Assembly (NCBI RefSeq): GCF_006345805.1
Contig: NC_043001.1
Span: forward strand, 40,238,001-40,302,000
Direction of reading: 5' to 3'
Length of the DNA stretch: 64,000 nucleotides
Origin: Octopus sinensis
Taxonomy: Eukaryota
This document shows, piece by piece, positions 51,334 to 64,000 of this stretch. The translations under genes were made by a program, and so were the position numbers. How positions within the stretch are numbered: position 1 is the stretch's first letter; every line of letters starts with the position of its first letter. Under the pieces are notes generated by a model. The model was not told where the DNA came from and ran no database searches. It saw only the letters and a list, made by a program, of their open reading frames with translations.

Positions 51334-52024
51334 GTTTAGATCTATGTCTAAGTAAGGATTACACGAACCCTTGATTCTAAAACACGCAGAGATTTCTGCG
51401 TGCTTTAGAAAATTCAAGGGAGATAATTATTTTTCGAAACAAAAAGCTTAACTATTTCTCACATACTGAAAATAAATAAATAAATAAATAAATATCAATC
51501 GAAATTTTGTAACTATAAGGAAAAGTCACAGACAATGTACAATGCAGGTCTCATTGATTAACTTTATCGATTACTTTTTTCTTTACTGTGTAATACGAAG
51601 ACACTAGCTTCTTGATCATATACATTTTAACGTATATATTTTAACGCTATATCAGCGAATAGTCTTACCGTTACCTAATATTCTTAGGCTATATCAGCGA
51701 ATAGTCTTACCGTTACATTTTTATTGTGTCTTAATGTAGACACAATATATTGTGTCTACATTAAGAAACACACTCTTGACTTAAAGCAAAATTCAGCATT
51801 AGAGAATGAGTTTGTTCTTTACCATGGTCCTTGTAAAAGTGATGGTAATCGTCGAGTTTTCATATGAACGAAAGAAAATCTAACATAGCGTTGCATTTTT
51901 GTTATTGTTTAGCCCTGGATTAGCACTGACCCAACTTCCAGATTTACTCATGCTGTCTTTTCAGGAAAATGTATCTAAAACTATATTATGCAGTGTGCTC
52001 TATATTCTTTTCTACTCTAGGTAG

Positions 52025-52405
52025 AAGGCCTGAAATTTTGTGGAAGGCGGGGGCCAGTCGATTAGATCGACCCTAGTACGCAACTGGTGCTTAATTTATC
52101 GATCCCGAAAGAATGAAAGTCAAAGTCGACCTCGGCGGAATTTGAACTCAGAACATAAAAACAGACGAAATACCTATTTCTTTACTATCCACAAGGGGCT
52201 AAGCACAGAGAGGACAAACAAGGACAGACAAACGGATTAAGTCGATTACGTCGACACCAGAGCGTAACTGGTACTTATTTAATCGACCCCGAAAGGATGA
52301 AAGGCAAAGTCGACCTCGGCGGAATTTGAACTCAGAACGTAGCGGCAGACGAAATATCACTAAGCATTTCGCCCGGCGTGCTAACGTTTCTGCCAGCTCG
52401 TCGCC
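52025..52405 (-). mobile_element. Full-length Meta/MESC-like SINE (52170-52405) plus an adjacent partial copy
   Basis: Reverse complement of 56136-56356. Confidence 0.88.
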
Positions 52406-52925
52406 ATACAGTGTGCTCTATATTAAGACAATGTGTAACTTGTAGGGGATTTAAAAGGGTGTTTAATTGCACTCAGAGCGACAACATAAGAGATTTGCGT
52501 TTTTGTTAACGTAGGCACTGCCTTCCGTTACAAGAAGCAAGTGTCTTCGTAATAGAGTATTTAAAGAACGAGTGTATACAAAAGTGAAATTAAATCAATG
52601 GTATCTTTGTTATACAATAATGCCAAATTTCATTGTTTAGAGCTGAGAAAGTTCTGAAACAAACTATAGCTAAAAAGTATTTTTGACTTGCTGCATTGTC
52701 AACTCGCACTTAACCGTAAAGAACTGTTATGCTCTAGAATACTTGGCGCACTAAAGCAAGAAATTTTAAGTGAAATTATACCCATACGAATGAGAGCAAT
52801 CATTATCTACATGTCTATTTCTTGTCAGCAAAAACAGAGGGAACTACGAAATCTTAATTAATTAAACTAAATTAAATATGGAATGCAGCAGAGAGTGAGT
52901 CTGGTTTATAACCATAAGGTTACAA

Positions 52926-52965
52926 CTCCAGACATGTTTCGGTACTCTTACACCCATCAGCGAAG
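52926..52965 (-). ncRNA. Degenerate minimal type I hammerhead motif
   Basis: CUUCG CUGAUG GGU-guaagagu-ACC GAAA C-AU-G U C | UGGAG. Palindromic helix III (ACAUGU); core lacks A9. Confidence 0.5.
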
Positions 52966-53519
52966 CATAGTTTAACCGGTTCTGCCAGATCATATAACAA
53001 TTAGGGAGGTATAGGTCTTTCGTGAAACCGAGTTGCATAATATATTGAAATAATGCACAGAGAAGAATAACATTGGACGCTTGCTGTATGAAAACTTAAT
53101 GGCAAAGTGGGTGCAAGCACACTTGTTGTAATAAACCAAGAGATTTTAATAAATTAAAATAATACTTTTTATCATGAGAACAATCATTATATAAATGGCT
53201 GCTCCTACTAAAAGTCGAACTAACAAGACAGAATTGTAAATTAAAATTAAATATGAACTATAGTGGGAGTCAATCTGAACGCCAGACATGAAGCAATATT
53301 CTTAGGCTATATCAGCGAATAGTCTTACCGTTACTGTAAGATTTTAAAATAACTAGATGTAAGATTTTCGTGAATGACCACCAAGATGACTGGAGGTACG
53401 AACATTTAACAAGAACATATTGGGCGAGAGAGGCCCAAATGTAATAATTAAGCGTCCCAACCTCTAAGGTTATGATTATAATTATGAATGATAATTTTTT
53501 TAAAGTTCATTTATTATAT

Positions 53520-54760
53520 GGCTTGGATGGGTCTTCTTTAACGCAATATTTCGCGACTTAATGCAGTCTTTCGACATCTCCTTCGTGAAGTTCAGCCTTT
53601 TGAGATCCATTTTTATCATTTTCTCCCAATTCTTCCTTGCCTCCCTTTTGCACAAATTCCATCCACTTGAAATGTATGACATTTCTTTATACAACTCAGA
53701 ACATAAGCACCACATGCTTGTACCAGTGTAGACTTCATCGTTGCACGCTACATAAAATTCCTTTTATTGCCAATTTCAATTGTACTCCATTGTTTTTGCA
53801 TGCTACCATTATATATTTAGTGGAGTATGCTCGTTTCATTTCTATCTAGTTTTCACAAATTTTCTGCATTCAAGGCACACGTATCACTATCACGCAGCAT
53901 CGCACTTTGTATATAAACAGCATACAATCTTCCTTTTACTCTGAGAGAGAAACACTTTCTTACTAGTAGAAATTGTTCCCTGAAGGTTTTGCATTCTGAT
54001 CTTACTCTGGAGGCCATGTTTTTAGAACACACACCTTTATAACTAAATTTAGGGAACTTTTCGAACATGCAAAAGGAATCTATTTCACGTGCACCTTTGC
54101 TGTTGGCTACTCCCGTGCATCTACTATGTATGAAATCTGCCTTCACTGTCAGATTACCTGTGATTCCTTATACCTCTTGTGCGTCCATAGTGAAATGCCA
54201 TATGGAATTTTTACCAATGCCACTTGGGCATATCAAGAACAGTCACAACCGGTATGGCAGTCGAGTCCTACTTTCTATCATACAAATTAAAATGTTAGTC
54301 TATAACTAGTTTAGGTTGAAGTTTCTCAATTCTAGATTTTGCTTCTACGTTTAGGATTTCTTCTCTAAATCTTCCATAGATTTAACTATGAGATCTTAGT
54401 CATACAGGTATTCCTGTGAACAACAAACCCTAAATTCCATTCTGATGACATAGAGAACTACAATGAATAAAAAGCTGATGACTGAGCCCTGATTGACATC
54501 CAGTTGCACGTTAAATTCGTCACTGAACTAATTATAAACTTTCACCTTACTAGCTACTCCTCTGTACATGGCATGCACGACTCTCACAACCTATTCATCA
54601 ACATCGTTTTCTTCGCGGCCACAAGACCACAAAGTAGTTCCTTGTCGAGCCCTTGTAAAGGCCTTCTCCATGCCGACGAATGCTCGAGAGTGGTTTAATC
54701 ATACTTCTCACCAAGAACAGGGCACTCGCACTGTAACTCTTCTAGTCAGATTCTCTTCAT
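53520..54760 (-). mobile_element. Decayed RTE-clade LINE RT/C-terminal fragment
   Basis: AFVGMEKAF; VNQGSVISFLFIVVL; FSLRVKGRLYAVYIQSAML; NWEKMIKMDLK. Confidence 0.8.
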
Positions 54761-54923
54761 AATCTAGTTTAGTAATTTTATGCTTGTGAAGTTGTCCCTC
54801 TCTTTAAGGCAATGTTTCTCAACCTTTTTACTCTAATGCTCCATACGATTTTCGAAAAAGAAAATATATAAAGAAAGAGTACGCACCCCAAAATGACCGG
54901 ACCGGACAAAGCAAGTATATAAC

Positions 54924-54955
<32 letters not shown>

Positions 54956-54956
54956 G

Positions 54957-55050
<94 letters not shown>

Positions 55051-55499
55051 ATTAATGTTAAGTGTCGTGGGAAAAGAGTACTTAATAACATAGGAGAGAT
55101 TAATAATATATTTTATTTTGGTCGAGTCAGTCTCTTGCTGTGGGTGCGCAGGATCTTCAGGCAAGTTATACACATAACGGCCAAAAAAAATCAACGTGTG
55201 TGTGTGTGTGTATTCAAAAGAAGTTTTCAAACTTTATTGTAAGTTTTATATACGTGTTTACTTGTTTAGGCTCTATTCAAAAGTAACCCATTTCCTACCG
55301 GCGAGATGTGCGTTCCACCTTGAAAAAATTGCTTTAGAGCATTATGTTTCCTTTGTTACAGTTGATAATGACAAGCTACACCGTCGCTACATATGAATCT
55401 CGCTGTACTATTTGAGTGGCTGTGTGGGTGACTAGTGTGTGACCTACTTAGCTCGATATTTTCAACACTTCAGCCACTATCCCTGATGGACAAGCTGCT

Positions 55500-55860
55500 T
55501 TTCCAGCTTTCGTATATGGAAAATGAAATTCAATATCTCCAACTGTGCGGTTGAGGCAATTGACCTTGTGGAATATGGCTACCCGTCAGATCAACAATAA
55601 ACACTTAGTGAAAATCAATTTAAATATCTGGCATCACCTAATATGAACCACAATCTGATTTTTGACCTATACGCTACCTGAAAAAATGCAATAAAATCTC
55701 ATATATGCTCATGAAGTTCAACCATCTATACCTCCATTGTGGTAAATGCTATCCCTATATACAGACCATATCCAAAGAAAAACCATGAACAACTTGGAAT
55801 CAATACAATGAAAGGACAACAGAGAACACCACATACATAAATGCAAACACATTAGTGACA
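55500..55860 (+). mobile_element. CR1/L2-group LINE RT C-terminal fragment
   Basis: WKMKFNISNC, FKYLAS and YTSIV...PY.K motifs across frameshifts. Confidence 0.6.
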
Positions 55861-55934
55861 CAACAGAGGCTAAAGTTTTCGTGGTCTTCTAAACAAAGAG
55901 ACATCCTAAAGACTTCATTACTTTAGACTAGATC

Positions 55935-56039
<105 letters not shown>

Positions 56040-56135
56040 TATACATATATATGCATATACATATTATGTATTGTAGAAATACATAAATCCGGAGGAGAAG
56101 CACACTCTAAGAGCAGTTAATATTATAGTGGGGTA

Positions 56136-56520
56136 AGGCGGCGAGCTGGCAGAAACGTTAGCACGCCGGGCGAAATGTTTAGTGGTATTTCGCCCGTCGC
56201 TACGTTCTGAGTTCAAATTCCGCCGACTTTGCCTTTCATCCTTTTGGGGTCGATAGATTAAGTACCAGTTACGCACTGGGGTCGATATAATCGACTTAAT
56301 CCGTTTGTCTGTCCTCTCTGTATTTAGCCCCTTGTGGGTAGTAAAGAAATAGGTATTTTGTCTGTTTTTATGTTCCTAGTTCAAATTCCACCGAGGTCGA
56401 GTTTACCTTTCATCCTGTCAGGGTCGATTAATTAAGTACCAGTTGCGTACTGAGGTCGATCTAATCGACTGGCCTCCCCCCCCCCCAAAAAAAAATTTCT
56501 GGCCTTGTGCCTATGTACAA
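56136..56520 (+). mobile_element. Full-length Meta/MESC-like SINE (56136-56356) plus a second partial copy
   Basis: A-box-like tggcagaaacgttag, B-box-like gagttcaaattcc and the central gcctttcatcctt..gggtcgata domain. Confidence 0.88.
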
Positions 56521-56844
56521 AAATAATATTGTAGTGGAGTAGGCCGGTTTATGGGGTTACGCTGGGTTTCTCGCTCATAGGTGGTTTAGCCTTACGGCGT
56601 ATCTTCAGACCCCAAACACTGCTGGCCTGAGACCTCTTTAAAATATGGCGGGGGAAAAGCCTCGTTTTTAAGGGTAAAAACCGTAGGTGATTATCTCCCT
56701 TCGCCATTGTTCATCGATCTTCGACCGCACTGCCATCTTGTGGTCACCAAAGCACACAGAAGTACGTAGAGTGCACTGAGAACTCTCTCAAACAGCGTAT
56801 TTCCAATCATCTGTCCTCTTGATGAGTCCCAGAAAGGAGATACG

Positions 56845-57076
56845 GGATCTTTTCACTTTGACCGGCAGATTAAAAAAAATTTTGTTTGTAGCTAAGCACT
56901 TTTAAACTTCGTATACTGGTAGAATGTGTCACATAAAACATCTTTTTCTCTTGGCGTTCTTGAGAAAATTCTGTAGTTTGTAAGCTATTTGTTGTTAAAT
57001 TTCTCGTATTTCGGCGATTTCAACCAATCAATGACGTCTATTGAAGTGAATACAGTTCACCTCAATAGACGTCACT
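56845..57076 (+). mobile_element. Truncated Merlin-like MITE (left arm)
   Basis: ggatctttt..tttga.cggcag...aaacttcgtatactggtagaatgtg is shared with the other four copies; ends in a short fold-back. Confidence 0.8.
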
Positions 57077-57109
57077 TCTTCAGAATAGTTTATCTTCTAT
57101 TAGACGCAA

Positions 57110-59050
57110 AAAAGATACAAGATGAGCTGAAAAGAGTGAAACAGAGGTAGAGAGCAATAAGAGGTATGAAGAAAATTGGTCAAAAGATATTCAATAAGCT
57201 GCTGATTGTCTTGATTCTAAAATGTTTTTATGTTCTCATAAAAAAAAAGCATATGGTCCTAAACCTTCAAGAATTATACCTCTAGCTTAAGCAATGGGGA
57301 AACACTCTTAACATCAATGGAAGCTATTGTAAAACGATGGAAGGAGAATTTTTGTAACTTATTTATCCAAAATTCTAATGCCAATGATAACTTCATCCCC
57401 AGTCTTCAGCGAATGCCAATCATATATGAATTAGATAATGTTCCTTCAATTGAAGAGGTTCAGATCTTGATTAGTAAACTTCATCTTGGAAAAACAACAG
57501 GAAGATGGAATCACAGCAGAGATTTTCAGGTTTGGAGGTTACCACGTGGCAAAATTAATGCATAAAATAACTTTTGAAATATAAAAGATAGGAAAAGTAC
57601 CAAAGCTTGGGGAAATGGTGTTACGATCCCCATTTACAAGGGAAAAGGAACCTGAGATAAATGTGGACATTCAAAAGGAACTACACTCTTATCTACTACT
57701 GGCAAAGTACTTGCTGGGTTTCTTCTTACACGATTAAACGATAAGATTTCACCGAATGCTCTCCCAGAATCTAAATGTGCTATTAAACCAAATAAGGATA
57801 CTAGGGATATGATCTTTTCTGCACTTCAGGTGCAAGAAAAATATCGAGAATAAAATCTAGATTTAGTTCATATCTTTGTTGATTTAACAAAGGCCTTTGA
57901 CTAAGTAAACAGGCAGGCATTATGGAAGGTTTTGTGTAAGCATGGCAGCCCGTTACATTTCGCGAACTTGATATGGTCTTTTTATGATGACATGGATGCA
58001 ATTGTTAACGTTGGAGGTGTTCTTTCAGAACCTATTAAAGTGGAAAATGGTGTGAAGCAGGGAGATATTCTTGGACCAAAGTTATTTTCTCTATACTTTT
58101 CGGTTGTACTTGCAAATGCATTCAAAGATTGCAAAAAGGTGTATATATTCATAATAGAAGCTCCGATAAATTATTTAATTTAGGAAAGTTGTCAGCAAAA
58201 ATTAAAACGTTTACCTTTCTAATAAGAGATTTATTGTATGTTGTATGCAGATGACAGTAACTTGGTAACCTATTAAATCAGAGACATGCGACACCTAGTG
58301 CTTAAAGTTGATGAGTCATGTACGGCCTTTGGGTTAACAAGTTTAGATAACCCTGTTATGTTTCAACCAACCTCGAACTTATATTATGAACCTGCGATTT
58401 TTCTTCAAAAAACAAAACTGAATGTTATAGATAAATTTACATATCTTGGAAGTGTGCTTAATCATATTTGTTCTTTAAATGATGAAATAACGAATCGTCT
58501 TCAAAAAGATTCTCTGGCTTTAAAGAATCTTGAAGGGCGAGTTAAGTCTAATAGAAATATTACCAAAAATAATAGAAATATTACCAAAAATACAGAGGTT
58601 CATCCCTTATTTATCTATGTGAGACAGAGGCAGTATATAGGAAACACCTCACATTATTAGAGTTATTTCATCGGCAATGATTGCACTCTATTCTGAAAAT
58701 CAAATGAATGCACAAAGTACCAGATTCTGAAGTACTTAAATGTGCTGGTGTGGATCGCATTGAAGCTAAAATTCATCGACACAATTCGCTGGATTGGCCA
58801 TCTTATAATGGAATCTAATCAGCGCATGCCCAAGCAAATATTATGTAGGAAAAAAAAGGAGCAAAGAGGCCTCAGTGTAAACTAAAATTGCATTTCAAAG
58901 ATTTAATAAGTAACTCTGAAATTTTTTTCATATGATGCTTATAGACTAGAAGAGTTATGTAATGGTCCGACCAAAAAGGGGGAGAAAACTCCGAGCAGGC
59001 GCTGCCTTGTTTGAAGATAATAAACTGAAACATGCACAGATAAAATGGGA
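57110..59050 (+). mobile_element. RTE-BovB-like LINE ORF, decayed
   Basis: VKRWKENFCNL...PSIEEV; IFVDLTKAFD; GVKQGDILGPKLFSLYF; YADD; DKFTYLGSVL; followed by a WIGH-containing C-terminal region. Confidence 0.9.
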
Positions 59051-59546
59051 GGCAAGAAAGGGTTTGCTTGTGGCCAATGATCCTTCTCTCCTAACTTGTG
59101 ATAGCTACAAGAGTATCTGTCTCTCAAGTTGGACTAATTAGCCTTAGCGGAAGCACGTAATTAGGCCCTCTACTAACTTTTCACAGTTACAGTCTGATCA
59201 ATTATCTTACTCTGTTTGCTGTAAGATCTGCAGAAGTAAATCTGGGTTGACAAGGGACATGAAATATCAGTAACAATTTCCAGTAGTCTTTACAGAGAAA
59301 TCAAGCATTTTCATGTCGTCTTTGTAAAAAGATTTGTAAATCTCTTGCTGAACTGAAGAGTCAATCTCGGTCGCACAGCATCTAATAATTTTAAACTATA
59401 AATATTCAGCTCGATATTTCCTACAAGTTTGTGCGTCGTTGGTTTTTAACTAGTTTGGTGTCTGTGTATATTCTGTCAGCGCTGGTGGTGAGAAGAGTCA
59501 TACTCGATTAACGAGTCGACAGCTATCGTGCATATATGTATGTATG

Positions 59547-59589
<43 letters not shown>

Positions 59590-59592
<3 letters not shown>

Positions 59593-59830
59593 CGTAGCTT
59601 AGTGGTTAGGGAGTTGCATTCATGATTGTAAGATTGTGATTTCGATTCCTGGACCGGGTGATGTGTTGTGTTCTTGAGCAAAACACTTCATTTCGCGTTG
59701 CTCCAATCCACAGAGCTGACAAAAAATGAGTAATCATGCGGCGGACCGACGTCTCGTTCACATAGGAAATATCTACGCCACAGAATCTGGGACACCAGCC
59801 TAATGAGCCTATGGTTCGGGAAGGATCTTT
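59590..59830 (+). mobile_element. tRNA-derived SINE, third family
   Basis: A box tagcttagtgg, B-box-like atttcgattcc, then gtgttcttgagcaaaacactt...ttgctccaatccac. Confidence 0.75.
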
Positions 59831-59899
59831 GATCCTTTTAGATACACACACACACACATATATATATATATATTAGTAGTAGTAACCAGAGCTTCATAG

Positions 59900-60650
59900 A
59901 TGGTTAGTCGTTGATGATAGTTGACGTAGACCCTGAAAAAATACAGTCTCTACTATGATGAGTATGAACGTTCGCCAGTGATGATGAGGCCTGACACTTG
60001 TAGCGACCCTAGTGGTTCTTGTTACATGTTCATAATTCAAGGAGAAGTACGTTAATAACATTTTCTTGATGTCTACAATAGTTACGTCTTGTGTTGTTGA
60101 AGGAGCCAAGATTGGCATGATCCATTTTCAGATGTCTTCGAGACCTCTTCATGGCATTTGCAGACTTGGCCTGAGTTGTCTATGTCGCCTATCGATAATG
60201 CTTCAGTGTGAAAGGTTAGAGAGGAATAAAGGGTGGTATAATCTACATAGGATGGACGCTGGTGACTGCATGGGCAAGTAGTTCGTTGAAATATAGGAGA
60301 AAGAGTGGGATGAGACAAAATCGAGCAGAGGGGTCAGGGAGGGCTCCATCGGTGTAGCTGCTATGATGCGATCTGGCAGGAAGCTACCGCGCCGAGGCGA
60401 GAAATGGATAGAGCCTGTCGTAGTTGAATGCTTCTTCGCCAAGTTGAACGCAACAACTCAATCTTCAACAAAAGTTCTCGCAAAGCGAGGGCCCACTGAT
60501 AAGTGAGATGAAGTAGGACTTCAGTAGATGCAGCTTTGTTAAAGCCGTACTCAATGCACTGGTTGTGATTGTGAAAGCACTGGAAAGATAATGTAGCGTA
60601 TAACGCCAGCCCTGGTTTCTTAAGGGATCCAGTAAGCACCAGCTTTTAAA
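59900..60650 (-). mobile_element. Jockey/I-group LINE RT fragment
   Basis: YGFNKAASTEVLLHLTYQW...VVAFNLAK...SFLPDRI...SYVDYTTLYSSLTF (RT motifs across frameshifts). Confidence 0.7.
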
Positions 60651-62906
60651 GAATTACATACTTTAAATGCGTGCGTAACTGCGAAACCAAGAGCAAAATC
60701 CAACCTCCGCAGTGACTAAAGACAGCATATTGCTAAAACATTTGCGGAGCCATGAAATACAACTGAGTATGGCCTTTCTCTCAGTGTGTAGCACGGAAGA
60801 ATAACATACTGCGGCATGGTACATAACTTTTTTCATTTCCGATGAAATATGCGATACCTAATCCGAAATCCGACCCATATTTCTATAAGGCATCCTAGAT
60901 GCGAATGGAATTATAACCCACTAAAGACGGATTTCGAGAGATAGGTGATAATAAACGACACAATCAAATGCAACAGCTAAAGAATTTGTGATTTTTTTGT
61001 TTGCTATTCGTTTACTATCCTCGACGCTGTTTTCAACCACCTGACAAAAAGAAGAGGTAAAATTTTGTATTGATACCTAAAAACCCCGAAAAGCATCAAT
61101 ATGATTTACAAGTTTATATGGAATTGTTTATCACCATAGGAAACTAGAGAACATGTGCTACTGATTGGAAGAGTCGACAAATAATCTGAAAATAAGAACA
61201 AAAATTTAGAATATGCAAATGTAACAAAGAAACACATTGCAATGATTAAAAAAGCGTTGGACGGTTGCAACCACCCCTGGTTTGGTAAAGCGGGCGGGAG
61301 GAATCTATTAGCTTCCACACTTGCTGCATTCGTGTTCTGTAATTATTTATTCCATGGATTTGCTGGTTCATATAAAAATCTAAATACTTTGGTTAGCTAA
61401 CTGTTTACTATAAAGTGCCGCTTTCACTTTGTCAAATCGTATAAGGTGACAGCAGAAATATTTAGACGCCGTGCGTATTGTCATAGGGGCTATTTTGATA
61501 TACAATTCAGGATATTTTTGCGTTGTTCATGTTTTTTTCTTGTTTTATGGTGGAGCCTCTATGTAGCTGCTAGGTTGATTACAAGGCACAACCAAATCTC
61601 TCTAATAACCACACCCTTCTACTTCAATATAATAAATAAAAATTCTAAACGATTTGATGTAATCATACATACTCATCTTAAACCACAACAAATATGAACA
61701 ACATAAAAATATCAACACAAAAATAATAAATATTAATTGCAGTTCGAGGTGGTAGCAACACGGAGTATGAAGGAATTCTTCCGCGTACGCAAAACAAACT
61801 GATACCAGTCCGACAAAAGTGAAAGCGGCATGTTAAAAATAGATTCGCCTTGTCTTTTTTTTTAAATTACGCATATGAATATTTTCTTCATTTGTTTAAA
61901 ATTCTTATTTTTATAACATTATTATAGATATTCGTTTGTTCGCGAAACTGAAAGGAAAACTGAAATTTACGGAAGATAAAACGGCACGTTATTCTCCAAG
62001 ACCGCTGAAAAAGCGTGCTACGCTGACATATGGGATAAAAGAACTTGGACATTCCCTGCTGCTTAATACTGCTGGAGGGAAAATTAGTTGGAAGGTACCG
62101 AAATCATTGGGATTTTCAACCGAAACCTGAAAGTCTACGTAAAATAATATAATGTAACAACCATTAAAACAACGAGTGTATTGCGTGTGCTTTCTTCTTG
62201 TGCAATTTATTTTACTTGCAAAGTCTTATAACGGTTGGGATATGAGAGAAAATAAAACTGGTTAAGCCAGATGGCATGGTCGCAAACATGTTTTAAGTGG
62301 TGGTAGTGGAGGTAGTAATAGCACCTAATTGTTAACAAAGAAACACGGCGACATAGTGTGCTGCAGCCACGTGATACCATGTTGGCCATCATATTTTATT
62401 TAAATGAGGTAAATACTTTGGTCACATGACATGATACGTGCCGCTATTAGCAATTCATTGTCAATTTATCAACCCTTTCTTCCCGTTTTCTATACACGTC
62501 AGTTTTAGAATGTTTTAAAATATAAGCGAATCTATACTCATTAAATTTAATTTATACAATCATAATCAATCTACATTTACATATGAGCTACATACATTAT
62601 GCCTATGTAAATATATATTTATATAAAATGTATTCATGTATGTGTATGCGTGTGTGTGTACGTACATATACGCAAACGTATTACACTCACCTATATATAT
62701 ATATATATAAAATATGCACAAGCATAAAGAATTTTATATATTACTCTGAGTTTCACGTTACCGCCGTTTGAAAAGAAGCGGTAACGCGAAATATACATGC
62801 GTGTAAATGTGTGTATACACAAATACCAAGTATATATAATGGTCAATAAATGTGTGATTTTTCAAAAATAACAAATATCGTGAATACATTATATATATGC
62901 CAATCT

Positions 62907-63039
<133 letters not shown>

Positions 63040-63747
63040 TAGACAGAGATATGTCTATATATATAAAATAACAGACAAGGGTAATGTTATGGGAAAAGAT
63101 TTATTATCTTAACCTATAACATTTTATTGTTTTCTGGTCATTGTGTTCGAAGACAGATTTCCTACTTTTATTGTTTCTTTCGAATGCCTCAAGTACCTCT
63201 CATTCTTCACCTTCTCTACCTCTGAATATTCACCCCTCACTTCATATCTTCTATAGCTTCCCATTTTTTCTCTCTTTCCCTCAATTTCTCATTTTTCTCT
63301 ATTTACATATCTCCCTATATCTTTCAATATTTCCTTCTCTTTGGTTATCCCTCTTTCTTTGACATTTTTCTCTTATTGGCTCGCATCCCTTTGTCTTTTT
63401 ACTCCGCTCTCTCTCTCTCTATCTATCTATCTCTCATTCTTTCAATTCTATTCTGCATCTATTGTTTTCATTTCGTGCAATATATGCATAATCACGCTTG
63501 TACACATACATATACATAATATAAAATATACAATATACACTCATGTGTATATACGCATATATACTCATAATATATGTATATATATATATACGCATATATA
63601 ATCAGATTGACCACTTATGAATATATATAAAAAAAAAATATATACACACAAATATATCAAAAAAGGCACCCTACACTACTACTCTCTCTCTTTACACACA
63701 CACACTATATATATATATATATGTATATATAAATATATATATATATA

Positions 63748-63803
<56 letters not shown>

Positions 63804-64000
63804 TACACAAACACACACACATTTACATATATGTGTATACGTATTATAATTATATATACATACATATATAAATATAAGTGTGTGTGTGAGTATATATATA
63901 TATTATTGTGAGGTAGGCGTTTATGGGGGTTACCCTGGGTTTCTCGCTCGTAAGGGGTTTTGCCTTACGGCGTATCTTCAGATATATATATATGACTGGT

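Overview
AT-rich, microsatellite-dense animal genomic DNA. The SINE/LINE families present suggest a coleoid cephalopod such as Octopus (inference, no database search). I recognise no intact host protein-coding exon. The window is largely transposon debris: mariner, Tc1, pogo, hAT and Merlin transposase remnants; RTE-, CR1- and Jockey/I-type LINE pieces; Penelope-like (PLE) RT and GIY-YIG fragments; a Helitron helicase fragment; a head-to-tail array of non-autonomous Helitrons (25.7-29.3 kb); a five-copy family of GGATC-terminated MITEs with 8-9 bp TSDs; and many tRNA-derived SINEs. The most notable signal is non-coding: type I hammerhead ribozyme motifs in four unrelated short repeat families. 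The best case is a near-identical tandem plus inverted triplication at 41.7-42.8 kb, with a complete catalytic core and a 536-nt period. This is the architecture expected of a retrozyme or PLE pseudo-LTR that could release a unit-length, possibly circular, RNA. Most (TA)n/(CA)n ORFs in the supplied track are artefacts.
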